Shown in pieces: positions 27,478 through 37,197 of a stretch of 64,000 nt of DNA (position 1 is its first letter; the number at the start of each line of letters is the position of its first letter). A program made the position numbers and the translations under genes. The stretch lies in IMG/VR virus record IMGVR_UViG_3300046787_000206, positions 30,963 through 94,962 of that record. One strand, 5' to 3'. The notes under the pieces were generated by a model, which worked only from the letters and a program-made list of their open reading frames with translations, ran no database searches and was not told where the DNA came from. Origin of the DNA: a virus.

Positions 27478-28463
27478 TGATTGATGTCCTAGAGGTCATT
27501 GAAGCACTTGGCCTAGATTACTCGGAACACGGTCACGAGGCTAACGCCCTATGCCCACAGCACTTGCAGCGAACAGGTAAGTCTGACAACTCACCGTCTT
27601 GGTGGATTAACCTCGACACGGGACAGCACATCTGTTTCTCTTGTGGGTACAAGGGCAACATTCTACAACTAGTCTGTGACATTAATGAGTTCTACCTAAA
27701 GAACTGGGGAGACACCTACTCCTACGACTACGCTACTGCGGAGACCTGGCTAGGCAATGTATCCCAGATTCCTATGGAGCAGCTAGAGGAGATGCTGTCA
27801 AAGCTTCCTTCTTACGTAGGGGCTGTGCCGAAGCCACTAGATATGTCGGAGTCACGCCTTGCTGTTTTTGTGGAGCCACCTCAGTCTGCTCTTGACGCAA
27901 GAAACCTGACCCCAGAAGCTTCGGCAGAGTACAGCCTTTTGTGGGACGCCCCTAAGTCCACATGGATTCTTCCGCTTCGTGAGCCTCACTTCAACCGACT
28001 AATGGGATGGCAGGAGAAGGGGACTGTGCACCGCACTTTCTTTAATCGCCCACCAGGACTCCAGAAGTCAAAAACCCTATTTGGAATCGAGAACCAAAAT
28101 GAGCATCTGGCTATTGTTGTTGAATCTCCTCTTGATTGTGTTCGTATTGCTTCCGCTGGTATTCATGGCGCTGTGGCTACTTGCGGCGCATCTCCTTCTG
28201 AGGAGCAAATCAAGCTCCTCCGATACTCGCAGAAGATTGTAGTAGCGTTCGACAACCCAGCAATCGATAAAGCAGGAGAAAAAGCCTGTAAAGCAATGCT
28301 AGACTGGGGACGTAAATACGGTCTTAATCTCTTCTACTTCAACTATGGTAGTAGTAGTAAAAAAGACCCAGGAGACATGACTGATGAAGAGATTCTCTGG
28401 GGTATTGAGAATGCCAAACCATCAGTACTTGGAGAACTAGCCTATGTTCAAGGGAACGCTTAA
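27474..28463 (+). CDS. DNA primase (CHC2 zinc finger + TOPRIM)
   Basis: CPQH...CFSCG zinc finger; VESPLD and AFDN TOPRIM; KDPGD. Confidence 0.88.
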   Translation: MMIDVLEVIEALGLDYSEHGHEANALCPQHLQRTGKSDNSPSWWINLDTGQHICFSCGYKGNILQLVCDINEFYLKNWGDTYSYDYATAETWLGNVSQIPMEQLEEMLSKLPSYVGAVPKPLDMSESRLAVFVEPPQSALDARNLTPEASAEYSLLWDAPKSTWILPLREPHFNRLMGWQEKGTVHRTFFNRPPGLQKSKTLFGIENQNEHLAIVVESPLDCVRIASAGIHGAVATCGASPSEEQIKLLRYSQKIVVAFDNPAIDKAGEKACKAMLDWGRKYGLNLFYFNYGSSSKKDPGDMTDEEILWGIENAKPSVLGELAYVQGNA

Positions 28464-30012
28464 GCCTTATCAGGTCGAAGCCGTCGAAAAGATGGTGGAG
28501 AAAAAGAGCATTCTCGTAGCATACGAGATGGGTCTAGGTAAGACTCCTATGACAATCGCTGCCGTAGAGGCTTTGCGAGATGCGGGCCAGACTAACGGAA
28601 CCACGCTAGTGCTTTGTCTTGCCAGCCTTAAGTACCAATGGCAAAAAGAAATCCTGAAGTTCAGCGACTCTACTGTAGAGGTCATCGACGGCACCAAAGC
28701 TCAGCGAGCTAAGCAATACGATGAGTGGGATACTTTCGATTATGTAGTTATGAACTACGAGCAGGTTGTCAACGACTGGGAGATTATCAAGGCCAAGCAT
28801 CCTGTCGCCATCATCTGTGACGAGGCTACAGCTATTAAGGGGTTCAAGGCTAAGCGAGCAAAGAAGGTAAAGGAGCTCGCTAAAAGTATTCCCATTAGGT
28901 TTGCTCTAACAGGAACCCCAATCGAGAACGGTAAGCCTGAAGAGGTGTTCTCCATCATGCAGTTTGTTAATCCTAAAGTACTTGGCCGCTTTGACTTGTT
29001 CGATAAGGCGTTCATCGTTCGCAATCACTTCGGTGGAGTACAGCGATACAGGAACATCCCCACCTTACACAAAGCTCTGATGGATTACACGGTCCGTAAG
29101 TCTCAGAAAGATGAGGATGTAAAGCCCTATCTACCAGACGCTGTTTATCGTGAGCCGCTCATCATCAGCTTGGATTCGAAGTCCCAGCGTCTATACAACC
29201 AGATTGCTCTAGACCTTCAAGAGCTTCTATCAGAAGCCAGCGAAGCATTTGGAAGTAACTTCAATCTTGCTGCACACTACGGTCAGACCTATGACCCAGG
29301 CGACCCAGCCAACCAGATGCGTGGAGAAATTATGTCTCGCATCTCCGCATTGCGTATGTTGTGCTCAGGTCCAAACCTGTTGAAAATTAGTCACGACCTA
29401 TTTGAGGGTCACACAGGTAAAGGCAGTGCGTACATACACTCTCTAGGAGAGCTAGTGGAGGACGTCACTAAGAACCCTAAACGAGACGCTTTAATCTCGT
29501 ATCTATCTGACCATTTAGGCATCGACGAATCCTACAAAGCTGTAGTATTTTCTTCCTACTTAACATCGGTCTACGACATTGTTTCCGAGCTCGCTGCCAA
29601 AGGCATCGAAGCGGTTGCATATACAGGAGAAATGAATGCTAAACAAAAAGAAGAAGCCAAAGTCAAATTTCAGACTACAGCTGCTTGTAGGGTACTTGTT
29701 AGTAGTGATGCTGGTGGATACGGTGTGGACCTTCCTCAAGCAAACTTGCTTGTCAATTATGACCAGCCTTGGTCTTCTGGCCTCGCTGTCCAGCGAAACG
29801 GACGAATCAACCGTACGTCGTCCACGTGGGAAACAATAACCGTACAAGACATCCTTGTAAAAAATTCCATTGAACAGCGTCAGTATGATATGCTCAAGCA
29901 AAAGGGCAACGTTGCAGGAGCAATTCTCGACGGCGCTAACATTAATGAAAAAGGTGGAGTAGACTTAACAGTCGGAAGTCTAATGAACTTCCTCACCAAT
30001 AAACTAATCTAG
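28444..30012 (+). CDS. SNF2-family helicase
   Basis: EMGLGKT, ICDEA, LTGTPIEN, GVDL, QRNGRINR. Confidence 0.9.
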   Translation: MFKGTLKPYQVEAVEKMVEKKSILVAYEMGLGKTPMTIAAVEALRDAGQTNGTTLVLCLASLKYQWQKEILKFSDSTVEVIDGTKAQRAKQYDEWDTFDYVVMNYEQVVNDWEIIKAKHPVAIICDEATAIKGFKAKRAKKVKELAKSIPIRFALTGTPIENGKPEEVFSIMQFVNPKVLGRFDLFDKAFIVRNHFGGVQRYRNIPTLHKALMDYTVRKSQKDEDVKPYLPDAVYREPLIISLDSKSQRLYNQIALDLQELLSEASEAFGSNFNLAAHYGQTYDPGDPANQMRGEIMSRISALRMLCSGPNLLKISHDLFEGHTGKGSAYIHSLGELVEDVTKNPKRDALISYLSDHLGIDESYKAVVFSSYLTSVYDIVSELAAKGIEAVAYTGEMNAKQKEEAKVKFQTTAACRVLVSSDAGGYGVDLPQANLLVNYDQPWSSGLAVQRNGRINRTSSTWETITVQDILVKNSIEQRQYDMLKQKGNVAGAILDGANINEKGGVDLTVGSLMNFLTNKLI

Positions 30013-30019
30013 GAGAGCA

Positions 30020-30148
30020 ATGGCTAAGGGAAAGGGCGGAGCACCAGCTCCTGCCAGCAAAAGCAACGACCGCCAAAATGGCAAGGCTTCTAAGAAGCAC
30101 CCAAAAACTTTTGACGCTACCAAGCGTCGTCTAGTGAGCGTGAAATAA
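30020..30148 (+). CDS. 42-aa basic protein; not in ORF track
   Basis: AGGAG RBS; MAKGKGGAPAPASKSNDRQNGKASKKHPKTFDATKRRLVSVK; TAATG overlap. Confidence 0.7.
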   Translation: MAKGKGGAPAPASKSNDRQNGKASKKHPKTFDATKRRLVSVK

Positions 30149-30588
30149 TGGCAAACCGCATTGACGAAGAAATTAACGTAGCAGACCCTAACGACCCTGC
30201 AAGCCAGATTCGTGAGTATGTAAAGCTAAAGGCAACAGAGTCAGTTCTAAAGGCTCGTGCAGAAGAACTTCGTGTCACCATCTTTGCACGCATGGAAGAG
30301 GCTGGCTACGAAGATGACAAAGGCAACATTCAGCTAGACCTAGACCAGCCAGTAGATGGTGTGGTTCGTCTTGAGAAGCAGCGCCGTGCTACCCGAAAGC
30401 TCAACGAGCCTAAGGCAGAAGAGATTCTTACAGCACTAGGTATTTACGATGAAGTATTCGTAATGAAGCCAGTGCTTGACGAAGACGCTCTAATGGCCGC
30501 ATACTTTGAAAACAAGATTACTGAAGAGCAACTTGACGAGATGTTCCCAACCAATGTAGTCTGGGCACTACGAGTTCTTAAGAAGTAA
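30148..30588 (+). CDS. Hypothetical helical protein
   Basis: Coupled ORF, acidic. Confidence 0.7.
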   Translation: MANRIDEEINVADPNDPASQIREYVKLKATESVLKARAEELRVTIFARMEEAGYEDDKGNIQLDLDQPVDGVVRLEKQRRATRKLNEPKAEEILTALGIYDEVFVMKPVLDEDALMAAYFENKITEEQLDEMFPTNVVWALRVLKK

Positions 30589-30590
30589 TC

Positions 30591-31076
30591 ATGGCAGGTA
30601 TGCGAAGCGAAGACGAAATCCTCAAAGCCTTTGAGGGTCTAGACCGTGTACCTGGCTCGAAGCAACCACGTCGTCCGTCTACCGAAGAGGCAGACAAGCG
30701 CCGTGCAAAAGCCATGGGTGAGTCTAACGGATGGGATGCAAATCCAATCATCAAGACTCTCCGTGGGGTAGAGACCGAAGTGTTTACAATTGCCGCTCTT
30801 GCAGCTGCTCTTGAAAAGCAAGTCGTAACTATCCGACTCTGGGAAAAAAAGGGATATATCCCAATTGCTCCCTACCGTTTGCGTTCTAAGAGTCTTAATG
30901 GTAAAAAAGTAAATGGTAATCGTGTTTACACACGAGAGCTAATTGAAATTACCGTTGAAGAGTTCAACAGGCGTGGACTTTTAGGTTCTGCTCGTGTAGA
31001 GTGGAATCAGCTGGAGGACCTAACAGAAGTTCTAGTAACTCGCTGGAAGGAAGCCCTGCAACCCCGAGAGCAGTAA
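30591..31076 (+). CDS. MerR-like HTH DNA-binding protein
   Basis: FTIAALAAALEKQVVTIRLWEKKGYIP...RVYT. Confidence 0.75.
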   Translation: MAGMRSEDEILKAFEGLDRVPGSKQPRRPSTEEADKRRAKAMGESNGWDANPIIKTLRGVETEVFTIAALAAALEKQVVTIRLWEKKGYIPIAPYRLRSKSLNGKKVNGNRVYTRELIEITVEEFNRRGLLGSARVEWNQLEDLTEVLVTRWKEALQPREQ

Positions 31077-31116
31077 TGCCTCATTACCGATAGAGAGCCG
31101 TAGGCCTCATTACCGA
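31066..31116 (+). repeat. Imperfect tandem repeat in the SSB leader
   Basis: GAGAGCAGTAATGCCTCATTACCGA and GAGAGCCGTAGGCCTCATTACCGA. Confidence 0.8.
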
Positions 31117-31129
31117 AAGAAGATACACC

Positions 31130-31792
31130 ATGGCAATTAACCGCCCATCAGTCGACGCAGACAACTACATGGTAGAAGACAGCGAAGACATCGCACCAAA
31201 GCACGGAACCACCGTTCAGGCTGGTTGGGGTGCAGCAGCTGCAGCCCTAAAGCCAAAGGAGAAGTCAACCGACTACCCTAACGACTTCCGCATCAGCGAG
31301 CAGGCTCAGCTTGTCCGCTTCCTAGAGGCAGAGCCATTTGCTGTCTACGAACTGCACTGGATTGACGCTATCAAGGAAGGCAAGCGTTCGTTTGTCTGCC
31401 TAGGTGACGAGTGCCCACTTTGCACCGTTGCTGGTGACAAGCCACGTGCTAAGTTCGCTTTCAACGTTCTAGTCGCTAGCGACGAGAACCCTTCAGTACA
31501 GATTCTCACTGCGCCACCTTCATTCGCACGCCAGCTACAGGCAGCGAACGAGGACCCACGCCGTGGTCCATTGACCAAGTACTACTGGTCAATTTCTCGC
31601 CAGGGTTCAGGCCCACAGACACAGTACACTTTGGACCGTGTCCGTGCCACTGACTTGGCGGAGGACTGGGAGCTTGACGCTGAGGAGCTAGACGCTGCAT
31701 CAGAAGGTGCAGCACTTTACGACACCAGTGCCGTCTACGTTAGCCCATTCGAAGACGTACTAAAGGTTGCTCGTACTCTAGTTTCTGCATAG
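31130..31792 (+). CDS. Single-stranded DNA-binding protein (T4 gp32-like)
   Basis: LVRFL, HW...C....CPLC zinc site, ISRQGSGPQTQY, acidic C-terminal region. Confidence 0.75.
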   Translation: MAINRPSVDADNYMVEDSEDIAPKHGTTVQAGWGAAAAALKPKEKSTDYPNDFRISEQAQLVRFLEAEPFAVYELHWIDAIKEGKRSFVCLGDECPLCTVAGDKPRAKFAFNVLVASDENPSVQILTAPPSFARQLQAANEDPRRGPLTKYYWSISRQGSGPQTQYTLDRVRATDLAEDWELDAEELDAASEGAALYDTSAVYVSPFEDVLKVARTLVSA

Positions 31793-31804
31793 TCACCACC
31801 CACC

Positions 31805-31854
31805 GTATAGGGAGCCAGAGTTTTTCCCCCCTAGTTTTCTCTGGCTCCCTATAC
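31805..31854. terminator. Long hairpin between SSB and polymerase
   Basis: GTATAGGGAGCCAGAG / CTCTGGCTCCCTATAC perfect 16-bp stem. Confidence 0.6.
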
Positions 31855-31873
31855 CCATCTCTTAGGGCATAAA

Positions 31874-33877
31874 TTGAATATCATCACCACCAAACAGCAG
31901 CTGGACGAATTTGTCGCTGCATACTCTAAAGTAGACGCCTTTGCATGGGACGTCGAAACTATTGGCGAAGACCGCCTTTACCCAGTCATTAACGATGTCT
32001 GCTGGATTTCTTTTGCGACCGAAGGACGTGTAGACGTCATTCCTATGGGCCACCCTAATGGAGACTTTGAGTCCTGGGATAAGCCACTGCTACTAGAGGG
32101 CCAGCGCCGTCTAGCAGCGGGCAAAGAACTTACTGACGCACACTACTCAAAAGCTGAGAGCAAGTGGACCGCTAAGTTCGGTCCTGCACCAGAGCAACTA
32201 CTTCCTGGAGATGTCTTTGCTGCAATCAAACCAATTATGTTTGGCCCTGCACTAAAGATTGCGCACAACGCTAAGTTTGACCTTAAGTCTGTAGCTAAGT
32301 ACTACAAGGGACAGGTTCCTGCTAAGCCACACTTTGACACTCTTATGGCTGCCTTCATCATCAACAACCAGAACAAGCACGCACTAGGACTAGCCGCCTG
32401 TGTGAAGCGTGAGTTGGGAATTGACGTAGAAAAGGGCGTGGGAGAGAACGTTGCCCTGCACTCTTTCGGAGATGTAGCGAAGTACTCAGGCATCGATGCT
32501 GAGGTCACCTGGGAGCTCTACAAGGCCTTAGCGCCAAAGATTACTGGTAGCCTCACTAAGGTCTGGAAACTCGAAACTGACGTACTTGCAGCCCTCTGCG
32601 ACATGGAATTGACGGGTGCCTACATTGACCAGGACGCTCTAGAAATTCTGGCTGAGGAAATCTCTGCGGGTAAAGAAGCAGCGGAAGCTAAGGCATACAA
32701 GATTGCTGGAAAAGCTTTTGCTATTAACTCAGTACCAGCTAAGCAGAAGCTTTTGTTTGGTGTAGAAGACGGTGCGGTCAAGGCTCGTCTAAAGCCAAAC
32801 CCTAAGTTCAAAAACGTACTCACCCCAAAGGGACTAGATGTTTACCGTGCAGGAGAAGACCTCACCGAAGCTCACTTCTCTTGCTCTGCAGACGCTCTAG
32901 AGTACTACCGTGGTAAGGATGAGCTAGTAGACGCTCTACTAGAGTATGCGGACTTGAACAAGCTGATGACTACCTATGTAACTCCATACACTGGTGGAAC
33001 CGTGACTCGCACCACGAACGGAAAAATCACACAGACTGAGCGCAAGTCTCTTCTAATCAATGGTCGTGTACACACTAACTTCAAGGCACACGGTGCTGAG
33101 ACTGGGCGCTTCTCATCAAGCGAGCCTAACCTACAGAACATCCCATCATCAGGAGAGTACGGAAAGCTAGTACGTAACCTATTCGTAGCTCCTCCAGGCC
33201 ACAAGCTTGTGGTTGCTGACTACTCTCAAATTGAGCCACGAGTCATTGCAGCTTTCTCACGTGACCCACTACTGATGAACAACTACCTGACTGGTGGAGA
33301 CATCTACACCACTATCGGTGACACTATGGGTGTAGACCGCAAGGCAGGTAAGGTTCTTGTGCTTGCCATCTCTTACGGTGTAGGTCCTGACAAGATTGCG
33401 GCTTCTATCGGATGTTCTGTAAAGGAGGCCAAGGACTTGATGAATAACTTTGAGAAGAAGTTCTCTTCTATTCAGAAGTACAAAGCCGCTGTAATCCGAC
33501 GTGCACGCAACGCTGGGCCTATTCCTTTTGTTGAAACTATCTTCGGTCGCCGCCGTTACATCCCCGACCTAAAGAGCAACGACACTGGTCTACTTGCTCG
33601 TGCAGAGCGCCAAGCGTTCAACACAATGATTCAGGGGTCTGCTGCAGACGTAATGAAGCTTGCATTAGTTCGTGCCCACTCTTGCTTTACTGACGAACCA
33701 TCCATTAATGTTATTCTTACAGTACATGACGAGTTGGTAACCATTGCCCCAGAAGACCGTGCAGAAGAAACTGCTGAGGCCATCAGGGAGTCTATGGAAG
33801 GCATCCGTCTCCAGGCGCTACAAATCCCGCTAATTGCCGATGTAAAGATTGTCGATAAATGGGGAGAGGCAAAGTAA
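31874..33877 (+). CDS. polA: Family A DNA polymerase with 3'-5' exonuclease
   Basis: WDVET, HNAKFD; TGRFSSSEPNLQNIP, DYSQIE, AISYG, IQGSAAD, VHDEL. Confidence 0.95.
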   Translation: MNIITTKQQLDEFVAAYSKVDAFAWDVETIGEDRLYPVINDVCWISFATEGRVDVIPMGHPNGDFESWDKPLLLEGQRRLAAGKELTDAHYSKAESKWTAKFGPAPEQLLPGDVFAAIKPIMFGPALKIAHNAKFDLKSVAKYYKGQVPAKPHFDTLMAAFIINNQNKHALGLAACVKRELGIDVEKGVGENVALHSFGDVAKYSGIDAEVTWELYKALAPKITGSLTKVWKLETDVLAALCDMELTGAYIDQDALEILAEEISAGKEAAEAKAYKIAGKAFAINSVPAKQKLLFGVEDGAVKARLKPNPKFKNVLTPKGLDVYRAGEDLTEAHFSCSADALEYYRGKDELVDALLEYADLNKLMTTYVTPYTGGTVTRTTNGKITQTERKSLLINGRVHTNFKAHGAETGRFSSSEPNLQNIPSSGEYGKLVRNLFVAPPGHKLVVADYSQIEPRVIAAFSRDPLLMNNYLTGGDIYTTIGDTMGVDRKAGKVLVLAISYGVGPDKIAASIGCSVKEAKDLMNNFEKKFSSIQKYKAAVIRRARNAGPIPFVETIFGRRRYIPDLKSNDTGLLARAERQAFNTMIQGSAADVMKLALVRAHSCFTDEPSINVILTVHDELVTIAPEDRAEETAEAIRESMEGIRLQALQIPLIADVKIVDKWGEAK

Positions 33878-34284
33878 TGTTTAAAAAGAAACGTCCAAAG
33901 GACGTAACCCTAGGTGAGCTGAACAGCCGTCTTCGTGGATACATCTTGGACTCTCAAATCCAGAACGGTCACGAGCTAAGTGTCCTTCTAGGTTGCACCT
34001 CTCTAAGCGATGAAGTAGCTGAGCGTGAGGAAGAGGAGAGCGACAAGCGTTTGGAAAGGATTAGTTATCTAGTTCCTTTGCTGTACGCATATTCACACAC
34101 TCTTTCAGAAGGAGCAGTGGAGTACCAGCGCCAGAACCTACCAGCAGAACTGAAGGAGCTCCCAGATGAGCTCTGGACAGCTAGCCGTAGGATGATGGAG
34201 CAAGTCACGATGTCTGCCCTAATGGGTGCGGTATCACAGCTAATTGATATGGGTCTACTAGAAGTACCAAGGAAGATGAAATGA
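33877..34284 (+). CDS. Hypothetical protein
   Basis: TAATG-coupled to polA. Confidence 0.7.
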   Translation: MFKKKRPKDVTLGELNSRLRGYILDSQIQNGHELSVLLGCTSLSDEVAEREEEESDKRLERISYLVPLLYAYSHTLSEGAVEYQRQNLPAELKELPDELWTASRRMMEQVTMSALMGAVSQLIDMGLLEVPRKMK

Positions 34285-34667
34285 GTAATGCAGATTGGTG
34301 GGCAAACAAACTAGCCCAGTCTCAGCCACAGGCACCAGCCCAGCCAGGTCGTCCAATGAACCTGCCTGCTATGCCTCCATCACAAGTCCCTATGCAGCCG
34401 ATGCCTTCCTTTCAAAGTCCGCAGACGGAGCGTGCGCAGTCAGCTAAACAGACTGCTACGTGTCCTGACTGCGGGTCGGTTAATTACATGGCGGTTGCCA
34501 ATGCGGCACCACGCTGCTATGACTGCGGGTACCCTATTGCGCAGTCAGGCTCACGGTACGGAAACCTAGCAGGAGCACATGTCGAAGGGGCTGCAAAGCA
34601 AGCTGCAGGAAATGATACTCAAAGCAACTGGAACCCACAAGGGATTATCGGAAGGATTGATGGCTAA
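34281..34667 (+). CDS. Zinc-ribbon protein
   Basis: CPDC...CYDC; Pro/Gln-rich N-terminus. Confidence 0.7.
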   Translation: MSNADWWANKLAQSQPQAPAQPGRPMNLPAMPPSQVPMQPMPSFQSPQTERAQSAKQTATCPDCGSVNYMAVANAAPRCYDCGYPIAQSGSRYGNLAGAHVEGAAKQAAGNDTQSNWNPQGIIGRIDG

Positions 34668-34840
34668 TGTGGATTAGCAAGAAGAAGTACGAGCGAGAGA
34701 TTTGGGAAACCAAGCTCAAATCTATTGACAACCATCGTGAGGCCGAGCAGTCGGACAAGATTTGGGAGTTAGAACAAGACGTAAAGAAGCTAAAGAAGAA
34801 GCTTCTTAAACTAGAAGGGATGATTAAAAATGGCTATTAA
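34667..34840 (+). CDS. 57-aa coiled-coil protein; not in ORF track
   Basis: MWISKKKYEREIWETK...LEGMIKNGY; TAATG overlap. Confidence 0.65.
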   Translation: MWISKKKYEREIWETKLKSIDNHREAEQSDKIWELEQDVKKLKKKLLKLEGMIKNGY

Positions 34841-35879
34841 TGCCGAAGCACGAAAGATTATGGCCCAGATTAACAAGAAGCTGGGTACGGATGCTGTAGT
34901 TATTGGCGGAGACATTCGTGGAGAACTAATCCCCCGCATGACTACTGGCTCCACTACGCTGGACTATGTTCTAGGTGGCGGGTTCCCAGCCAACCAGTGG
35001 AACGAGCTGCGTGGTGAGCCGTCACACGGCAAGACTGCTATTGCTCTAAAGACCATCGCCGCTAACCAGGCCAAGGACCCAGAGTTCACAGCCGTATGGG
35101 TAGCTGCTGAGCAGTGGGTCCCAGAGTACGCAGAGATGTGTGGTGTGGATACCTCACGAGTAATCGTTATTGAGACCAACATCATGGAGGAAGCGTACGA
35201 TGCAGTAATTGCCTTCGCTGAATCCAAGTCTGTTGACGCTATTGTTATTGACTCGCTACCAGCTCTTGTTCCATCTGCTGAAGATGACAAGAACATGGAG
35301 GAGTTCACTGTTGGTCGTGGAGCTCTACTAACTAACAAGTTCTTCCGCAAGGCGGGAGCTGCAATGAAGCGGTCCCTAACTGAAGCAGAACGCCCTATCC
35401 TAGGCCTAATCATTAACCAGTTCCGTATGAAGATTGGTGTAATGCACGGAGACCCCCGCACTACTCCTGGCGGTGTCGGTAAGGACTATGCTTACTTCAC
35501 TATCGCTGAGGTTCGCCGTGACGAGTGGATTGAGACTGGTTCAGGAAACAACAAGGTTCGTGTAGGCCAGCGTATCAAGGTTCGTGTAACCAAGAACAAG
35601 ACTGCCCCACCACAGCAGGTAGCATTCATTGATTACTACTTCAAGGACCACAGCATCTATTCAGCGGGTGACTACGACACTGCCAAGGAAGTTGCAGCGA
35701 TGGCAATCGTCAAGCAGATTGTGGACCGCAAGGGCGGATGGATTTACTACGGTGAGCGTAAGTGGCAGGGCCAAGAGGCACTTGTTAATTCACTACGTGA
35801 AGAGGTAGACTTCTATGAGGAGCTTCGTGAGAAGGTTCTTTCAACCCCAGATAACTTTGGAGTAATGACTGATGAGTAA
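34830..35879 (+). CDS. recA: RecA recombinase
   Basis: TGSTTLD, GEPSHGKT, IVIDSL, INQFRMKIGVMHGDPRTTPGG, KNKTAPP. Confidence 0.95.
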   Translation: MAINAEARKIMAQINKKLGTDAVVIGGDIRGELIPRMTTGSTTLDYVLGGGFPANQWNELRGEPSHGKTAIALKTIAANQAKDPEFTAVWVAAEQWVPEYAEMCGVDTSRVIVIETNIMEEAYDAVIAFAESKSVDAIVIDSLPALVPSAEDDKNMEEFTVGRGALLTNKFFRKAGAAMKRSLTEAERPILGLIINQFRMKIGVMHGDPRTTPGGVGKDYAYFTIAEVRRDEWIETGSGNNKVRVGQRIKVRVTKNKTAPPQQVAFIDYYFKDHSIYSAGDYDTAKEVAAMAIVKQIVDRKGGWIYYGERKWQGQEALVNSLREEVDFYEELREKVLSTPDNFGVMTDE

Positions 35880-36087
35880 GATGAACGAAATGTCAATCGA
35901 CGCCCAAGAAGCCGCTTTCGAGCGGATGGTAGAGCAGGAGCGTAACGAACTCCGCCTAGAAGGCGCAGAAGAACTTCGCTATGAAATTCGCCGTATCATT
36001 CGTACCCATATGGAGTATGAGCCAGACGGCCTCTACCTTAAAGGTATGGCCAAGGCTCTTGCCATCGTAGAGGGTGTAGAACTGTAG
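35872..36087 (+). CDS. Hypothetical protein
   Basis: Coupled small ORF. Confidence 0.65.
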   Translation: MSKMNEMSIDAQEAAFERMVEQERNELRLEGAEELRYEIRRIIRTHMEYEPDGLYLKGMAKALAIVEGVEL

Positions 36088-36500
36088 TGAAGAGCGAAGG
36101 CCTTGATGCCAGGTTTCTAGCACAGGTAGTGGAAGACCCTACTACCTCGTGCTGGAACTGGTCGGGTTACTTGATGCGAGGATATGGGCAATATCACCCA
36201 ACTCATGGCACCACAGTCAAGGCCCACAGGTATTCCTATGAGATGACAGTAGGTCCGATTCCTGAAGGCTTGACTATTGACCACTTGTGTACCAATAAAG
36301 CCTGTGTAAACCCAGAGCACCTAGAGCCAGTTACTCGTGGAGAAAACGTTCGACGACATTACTCCTCACAGGAGAAGTGCGAAAAAGGACTTCACTTTTG
36401 GACTGAGGACAACACACACGTCCGTCCCAATGGACGACGTCAGTGCAAGGCGTGTTCTACAGACTACCGTAAAAAGTACTACACTATAAAGGGTGTTTAA
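36087..36500 (+). CDS. Free-standing HNH homing endonuclease
   Basis: CWNW, AHRYSY, IDHLCTNKACVNPEHL, C-terminal C..GH...CKAC. Confidence 0.9.
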   Translation: MKSEGLDARFLAQVVEDPTTSCWNWSGYLMRGYGQYHPTHGTTVKAHRYSYEMTVGPIPEGLTIDHLCTNKACVNPEHLEPVTRGENVRRHYSSQEKCEKGLHFWTEDNTHVRPNGRRQCKACSTDYRKKYYTIKGV

Positions 36501-36833
36501 ATGACAAAATCAGTAGGCCAAAAGGAATCCCAGAAGCACGAGAAACGAATCGCAAAAGCCATTGGAGGGCAAACCACGGCAGCTTCTGGGGCCTTCTGGT
36601 CCCGCAAAGGGGACGTACGCAGTGCGGACCTGCTTATTGAACACAAGTGGACTGGTAAGAAAACCAAAACTATCAGTGCACTAGAGCTAGAAAAAATCAC
36701 CAACGAGGCCATCATGGATGGTCGAACACCTGTTTTTGGGATTCACCTAAATGGAGAAGATTACGTAATCCTACTTGAAACGGACTTTCTTGAGATGGCC
36801 CGAGATTTAGGAAAACTAAACGTTAATGACTAA
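36501..36833 (+). CDS. Holliday junction resolvase-like PD-(D/E)xK nuclease
   Basis: HEKRIAK, SGA, KGDV, LLIEHK. Confidence 0.75.
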   Translation: MTKSVGQKESQKHEKRIAKAIGGQTTAASGAFWSRKGDVRSADLLIEHKWTGKKTKTISALELEKITNEAIMDGRTPVFGIHLNGEDYVILLETDFLEMARDLGKLNVND

Positions 36834-37197
36834 CTTCTTCAATGGAGAACACTGGACCTCGCAGTCAAACTGCGCAGGGATAGACACGGAAATATTCTTT
36901 CCACCTAGAGACAAAACTCAGTACAAAGTTATAGCTGACCAAGCAAAGGTCTACTGCTTCGGCGGTAGAGACCAGCAGGGTCAAGAAGTTCCTCCGTGCC
37001 CTGTTAGACTCAACTGTCTTTGGTACGCCATAGACGGAGACGAGCAGCACGGTATATGGGGAGGGCTCTCACATAGAGAGCGAAACGCCCTGGTACGTAA
37101 GTGGCAAAAGCAATACAAGAGCAGCATGACGCTGAAGGAATACGTCTTTCAGCTAAATAAGAAGGGCAAGTTATGGCAGTCATCAAGTCAGACCTAA
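36826..37197 (+). CDS. whiB: WhiB-family Fe-S transcription factor
   Basis: Four Cys, IFFP, GIWGGLSHRER. Confidence 0.9.
   Translation: MTNFFNGEHWTSQSNCAGIDTEIFFPPRDKTQYKVIADQAKVYCFGGRDQQGQEVPPCPVRLNCLWYAIDGDEQHGIWGGLSHRERNALVRKWQKQYKSSMTLKEYVFQLNKKGKLWQSSSQT

Noticed and set aside
31874-35879. Inteins or introns in polA or recA
   Set aside because: Protein lengths are normal and motifs are uninterrupted
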